Source of the DNA: an uncultured delta proteobacterium
GTDB taxonomy: Bacteria; Desulfobacterota; Desulfobacteria; Desulfobacterales; SG8-13
Assembly (NCBI GenBank): GCA_963848135.1
Contig: CAWKCK010000012.1
Span: forward strand, 94,061 to 135,101
Direction of reading: 5' to 3'
DNA: 41,041 nucleotides
The position numbers and the translations under genes are program-made. The stretch's first letter is position 1, and every line of letters starts with the position of its first letter. The notes beneath the pieces were generated by a model. That model made no database searches and was not told where the DNA came from. It saw only the letters and a list, made by a program, of their open reading frames with translations. Shown piece after piece: positions 36,722 to 41,041 of the stretch.

Positions 36722-37630
36722 TTAACCTCCCAACGCCACTTCGAGGCCGAAGTCTTCGAGCCGTTTTTTTGCTCTAACGAGTATTTCTCTCTTGGGCAAG
36801 GGGACATTCTCCGTGCTGTGAGACATGTTGAGACGACTATATTTGCCTTTTTGGAAATCGTGATACGGCAAAATATCCACTTTTGTTACATTCGGCAACC
36901 GGTTAAGAAACGATCCTGTGTGGTCAAGGTTCTCCAAGTCGTCGTTGACGCCCGGGATCAAAGGGATCCGGATGACGATATCACCCCCCCGTCCCGCCAG
37001 ATGCCTCAGGTTATCGATGATCAAATGATTGGACACACCAGTGTATCTTTTATGTTTGTCTGAATCCATCATCTTAAGGTCGAAAAGAAAAAGGTCAGTG
37101 TGTTCCGCGACCCTCATCAAGGATTCAAGACTCGCATATCCGGTGGTGTCTACGGCTCTGTGTATTTGTTCCTTGCCACACAATTTGAGTGATTCAATCA
37201 GGAAGTCAACTTGAAGCAGTGGCTCACCGCCTGAAAATGTGACCCCTCCGCCGGATGTTTCGTAGAAAGGGGTGTCTTTTATGATTTCACTGAGAAGCCT
37301 TTGGATTGACATCGATTTGCCGACTTGTTCACGAGCTTCGGCCGGGCAGATTTCCGTGCAGGCAAGGCAGTTTTTGCATGGTGAGCCGGAAGGAATTACT
37401 CCTTCCGAGTCAAGGCACAGCGCTTTCTCCGTGCAATTTTCGACGCAGATCCCGCAGCGGATGCATCGTTCCTGTTTGTAGGCCACAAAGGGCGCCGGGT
37501 CAATTCCTTCCGGGTTGTGGCACCATTGGCAGGCGAAGGGGCACCCTTTCATAAAGACAGTGGTCCGGATTCCCGGGCCATCGTGTATGGCATACCTTTT
37601 TATATCGAAGATGATGCCGGAATCAGACAT
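36722..37630 (-). CDS. Glycyl-radical enzyme activating protein (radical SAM with ferredoxin insert)
   Basis: HDGPGIRTTVFMKGCPFACQWCHNPEG, two CxxCxxCxxxC motifs, GGGVTFSGGEP. Confidence 0.95.
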   Translation of the reverse strand: MSDSGIIFDIKRYAIHDGPGIRTTVFMKGCPFACQWCHNPEGIDPAPFVAYKQERCIRCGICVENCTEKALCLDSEGVIPSGSPCKNCLACTEICPAEAREQVGKSMSIQRLLSEIIKDTPFYETSGGGVTFSGGEPLLQVDFLIESLKLCGKEQIHRAVDTTGYASLESLMRVAEHTDLFLFDLKMMDSDKHKRYTGVSNHLIIDNLRHLAGRGGDIVIRIPLIPGVNDDLENLDHTGSFLNRLPNVTKVDILPYHDFQKGKYSRLNMSHSTENVPLPKREILVRAKKRLEDFGLEVALGG

Positions 37631-37631
37631 T

Positions 37632-39098
37632 TTACTGTGGTTTCCGAGGTAACGTAATGCGGAACAAAGACCCCGAGCCAGGTTCAGATTGAACCGATAT
37701 TGTACCGCCGTGCTTCAGGATGACCTTGCGGGTAACGAACAGACCGATTCCGGTTCCCTGGTTTCCCTTTGATGAACTAAACAACCGAAATATTTTACTT
37801 GCGTCTTCTTCTTCCATACCAGGCCCGTTGTCGGATATGTCGAAAATCACCCTGGTGTCATCGGCGCGGGTCGTAAAACGTATCCAATGGGATACCTTGC
37901 GGGTGTCTTCAATACAGGCCTCCATAGCATTTTCGAGTATGTTTATCAGAGCCGCACGAATTTTTTCCGGATCGATGGAAAAATACCCCAGATCTTGAGG
38001 AAATTCCGTGATGAACTGAATGTTGGCAGCCTTGATACGGTTTTCCAAATGAATAACAACGTCTTTTGCAAAGCGCCAGATTTCCACCGACGCTATTTCC
38101 AGGTCCCGTTCCTTGGAGTAATAGAGAATATCCAGAACTAACTTGCGAATGCGGTCCGCCATGAGTTTGGTGACGTCCAGGCCCTCTTCGATTTGAGCCG
38201 GTTTGTTGCGGTAAAAGCCGGTTTCAATCAGATAGAGACTCGCATTGAGTCCTGTCAGACACCCTCTTAGGCTATGTGAGATGGTACCCACCATGAGGCC
38301 CAGTGTCGACAGATTGTCTTTCATCTGATGGAGATTGGTGACATCCATAAAATAGCCCAGAACGGCCCGTTTGTTTCTGTAAATGACCGATGTGACCGTT
38401 TCCATGACCCAGTGCGTGGCGCCCGATTTATCGTGCACGCAAAACTCATACGGCGTATGGCTGGCGCCTCTCAGCATGGAGATGGCATTTTTACGCACAT
38501 GCTCGCGATAATCCTCATGGACCAGTGATATGGAGGCTTTGTTTATCAACTCCTTCTTACTGTAACCGGTGATGCTGACAAATTGAGGATTGACGTATTT
38601 GAATTTTCCGTCCAGAACAATATAGCTGCCGATAAGAGCGTTATTTTTGCTTTCAATGAGTTGCAGTTCGGAGAGATTTTTTTGAGTGGTGTCATGAATA
38701 AAACCTTGGATGGCAACGGGATTACCTTTCGGGCACCGTAAAACAATCCAACGATCATGCAGCCATCGGATTGAGCCGTCCGGATGGAGGGCTCTGTATT
38801 CAACCTCGCCTTCTTCATGTCCGGCGGTCAGTGATGTCTTCAGGCTTTCGAGAGTTCGTTGGCGATCTTCCGGATGGATGGTCTGAAAAATTTCCTGGGA
38901 GGTTGTTGGGGTGCCGGATTCATTTCCTATCTGGAAAAACGTTAAAAATTTTCGATTATGAAACAGGTACCGACGCGTGGTGACATCGAAATGATAGATG
39001 GCATCCTGGGAAAAATCGGCCAGTCTCTTGAAATCATTAAATAATACCTGGCTGGAATCTATTTTGGTTGACGTCGGTGCATTCTGTGTTTTTGTCAT
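37632..39098 (-). CDS. PAS-PAS sensor histidine kinase
   Basis: IHPED / VHED PAS-PAC segments, H-box ISHSLRG, NILENAMEA, DNGPGM, GTGIGL. The likely start is ATG 39098; the ORF is open from 39275. Confidence 0.9.
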   Translation of the reverse strand: MTKTQNAPTSTKIDSSQVLFNDFKRLADFSQDAIYHFDVTTRRYLFHNRKFLTFFQIGNESGTPTTSQEIFQTIHPEDRQRTLESLKTSLTAGHEEGEVEYRALHPDGSIRWLHDRWIVLRCPKGNPVAIQGFIHDTTQKNLSELQLIESKNNALIGSYIVLDGKFKYVNPQFVSITGYSKKELINKASISLVHEDYREHVRKNAISMLRGASHTPYEFCVHDKSGATHWVMETVTSVIYRNKRAVLGYFMDVTNLHQMKDNLSTLGLMVGTISHSLRGCLTGLNASLYLIETGFYRNKPAQIEEGLDVTKLMADRIRKLVLDILYYSKERDLEIASVEIWRFAKDVVIHLENRIKAANIQFITEFPQDLGYFSIDPEKIRAALINILENAMEACIEDTRKVSHWIRFTTRADDTRVIFDISDNGPGMEEEDASKIFRLFSSSKGNQGTGIGLFVTRKVILKHGGTISVQSEPGSGSLFRITLPRKPQ

Positions 39099-39602
39099 CG
39101 ATTGTACTGTCCGGCCAATGAAGTAAATGCCCCTCCATAAGCGGCAATGTTTCGCTGGGTCCGCCTGCGGCAGGATTCTCCGCTGGTTTCCGGTCGCGTC
39201 GCAGATGGGAAGCGCTCCGACACGATTCTTTGAGTTACTCTCTCTGCAGAAAAGCCTCATATCAGGAGGGGCCACCCCTCAGTGCCACAACCCAACGCGG
39301 AAGGGTACGAGTGAACATATGTGAAATACGACCAATTAGCAAAGCCGCATGCGAATGTCAAAGGATAGGAAATTTCAGTAACCACGAGAAATCAGGACCA
39401 TATTTACTTTTGGGCCGGTCGGTGTCGTCAGGCGGTTGTGTCCGTATACCAAAGGGGACGGAATTTCTGCAGGAAATGGCCTGATGAAGATTGTAAGGCA
39501 GGAAATGGCAGTATCGGCATCGAAAATTTTTTGAAATACATAATGAATCTCCCTGCAGCTTGCTGCAGGGAGATTCATTTATTGGACCAATATAATTAGA
39601 GC

Positions 39603-40931
39603 CTATTTAGAATCAGTTTCTTTTTTTTTCATCACCCCGCCCGGATACCCCGGTGGGATGCGCCAAAAATTGAGACCGACATATTCCAACGGCCGGGCGG
39701 GCGTACCAGGGTCCAGATCGTCGCGCAGCATGAGCACCACATCGGAACTCACTGTCGGGGCGTTGCGAAAATAGCTGTGCCCGTAACTGTCTCCTATGTC
39801 CAAAAAAGAATCGGAGGCTCCCAGGAATTGGACGATTGCAAGATTCCCTTTGCCGAATTCCATAGCTTGTTTCATTCTTTCGGAGACGTTCTCCGGACCG
39901 AAGTTGCCCACGCGACCCTGCGGACTTTGGAAAAGTTTTCTGGCAAAGCCTATGGCCTTGTCTTCAGGTGATGTATAGATTGTAAAGCGCTTGACTGCCA
40001 GGGGAAGTTGGTCTCCCGCGATCCGCTGCTCGGCGACGGCCAGATCGATATCCGGTGCGGCGATGATAAAATTATTAATTTTCAGTTTTTCTCTCGGATC
40101 GATACCCGCAGCTCGTGCCGCTATGGTCAGTTCCCTCAATGCGTTAACGGCCACGTCTGTTCCCCGGCTGTGGGCGATCACGTTTATTTTTTCCACCTCC
40201 GGCAAGCCGGCCAAGAAATTAAGCGCCCTTCGCAGATGGTAAACAGTGAACTCGCTGGACTCGCGATCGTAAGTATACCCGAACAGCCCCGGATACCCCG
40301 CCGGCCAGGTATAGATGAACGGCACGCCGATGCGCCCCAGAAAGTGCCACAGTTCACCCATAGCAAAGGCGGCATCTTCGAAACTGTTGTGATACCCGTG
40401 AACATACAAAAACACCTCTTTGCGGGGTGTCATCGCCAATTGATCTATCAGTATTTGCCTAAAGGCCTGAGTTGCCGCTTCGCGCTCAGCCGATTCTTCC
40501 GGCTGTTCGACGATTTTACCGTCGACCATGGCAAAAGGAACCGGTGTATCCGGACCCCGCAGAACTTCCGTCACCTGACGCACCTTTAGCTCCACTGGTT
40601 TTAACCGTTTTTGTAACCGGCTCGCCAGGAGCAGATCCTCCCAGGTAAGGTCTTCACCAAGATCAACTATAACGGTACCAAACGCCACCGATGACGAACG
40701 GCCATAACCGTATCGGAGGTTGCCTTTCTCGTCTTGTTCAGGCGCTCGGTCCGTAATGTAAAAAAGCCGCACCTCGCTGCTTTGTAACTCCGGGTTGAGA
40801 TCTTGGAAGTGCTGACTCTCTTCTGTTAGATACACGTTGGGCGTCGGCATCATCTGACGCGACTTACTGCATCCCCAAAGCACCACCATGCTGACGACAA
40901 TCACGCCAAAATTGCGTACCAAGGTCTTCAT
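39603..40931 (-). CDS. Alpha/beta hydrolase lipoprotein (DUF900-like)
   Basis: Lipobox LWGC, YITDR, YVHGYHNSF, IAHSRG, AAPDID, GHSYF; ATG 40931 follows GAGGAG. Confidence 0.85.
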   Translation of the reverse strand: MKTLVRNFGVIVVSMVVLWGCSKSRQMMPTPNVYLTEESQHFQDLNPELQSSEVRLFYITDRAPEQDEKGNLRYGYGRSSSVAFGTVIVDLGEDLTWEDLLLASRLQKRLKPVELKVRQVTEVLRGPDTPVPFAMVDGKIVEQPEESAEREAATQAFRQILIDQLAMTPRKEVFLYVHGYHNSFEDAAFAMGELWHFLGRIGVPFIYTWPAGYPGLFGYTYDRESSEFTVYHLRRALNFLAGLPEVEKINVIAHSRGTDVAVNALRELTIAARAAGIDPREKLKINNFIIAAPDIDLAVAEQRIAGDQLPLAVKRFTIYTSPEDKAIGFARKLFQSPQGRVGNFGPENVSERMKQAMEFGKGNLAIVQFLGASDSFLDIGDSYGHSYFRNAPTVSSDVVLMLRDDLDPGTPARPLEYVGLNFWRIPPGYPGGVMKKKETDSK

Positions 40932-41041
40932 AATATACTCCTCTTTAACCATAAACATAACGCCCTTAACTCCATGTAAAACCGCTGTCGCCAATTCGGA
41001 CCATTTGCTGTGAGGCGAATTTATGCAGCTTCACCGTCAGA

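Noticed and set aside
39100..39360. Structured RNA or sigma-54 promoter upstream of the PAS kinase
   Set aside because: The region is GC-rich with short hairpins but no aptamer consensus I recognise. The TTGC near 39340 lacks a correctly spaced GG.
1..41041. Genome-wide TGA reassignment (code 4 or 25) as the cause of the in-frame TGAs
   Set aside because: Many intact genes here end in TGA at their expected C-termini (feoA, feoB, cbiK, ArsR-rhodanese, mntP, PP2C), Trp is encoded by TGG, and the internal TGAs map to Cys/Sec motif positions.
1..41041. CRISPR array, tRNA (including selC) or rRNA genes
   Set aside because: No regularly spaced repeats or cloverleaf/rRNA signatures were seen by eye; tRNAscan-SE or Infernal would be needed to exclude them formally.

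Overview
This window reads as the genome of an anaerobic Desulfobacterota-type bacterium (inferred from gene content: periplasmic CbiK, sigma-54 promoters, selenoproteins, a glycyl-radical enzyme). From left to right it holds: the 5' end of a SulP transporter; a small Cys-rich selenoprotein missing from the ORF track; a DtxR/MntR-regulated feoAB locus with cbiK; and a roughly 26 kb, partly AT-rich and partly decaying heavy-metal/copper island (about 7.2-33 kb). The island carries three multicopper oxidases, CopA, TolC, CueP, ZraP-like, YHS, RseC and MntP genes, plus a Hanks kinase/PP2C pair. After it come a HypD-like glycyl-radical enzyme with its activase, a PAS histidine kinase and a DUF900 hydrolase. 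The main hidden signal is six in-frame TGA codons in five genes. Five fall where homologous motifs have Cys or Sec, the sixth is in the recalled NEPxGxxU motif, and each is followed by a SECIS-like hairpin. These genes encode a BFD/CopZ-N-like protein (NPKGR-U-C), CueP (THT-U-GVH), a rhodanese-DsbD-thioredoxin fusion with two Sec (Y-U-AGLT-U), an NEPxGxxU thioredoxin-like protein and a PrdB/GrdB-like UxxC protein. Other notable structure: a copper operon containing a Ser/Thr kinase with an extracytoplasmic FGE-fold domain and its phosphatase; three sigma-54 promoters sharing paired enhancer palindromes; and at least four families of non-autonomous mobile elements, three of them with target-site duplications. 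All calls come from reading the sequence by eye; no searches were run.
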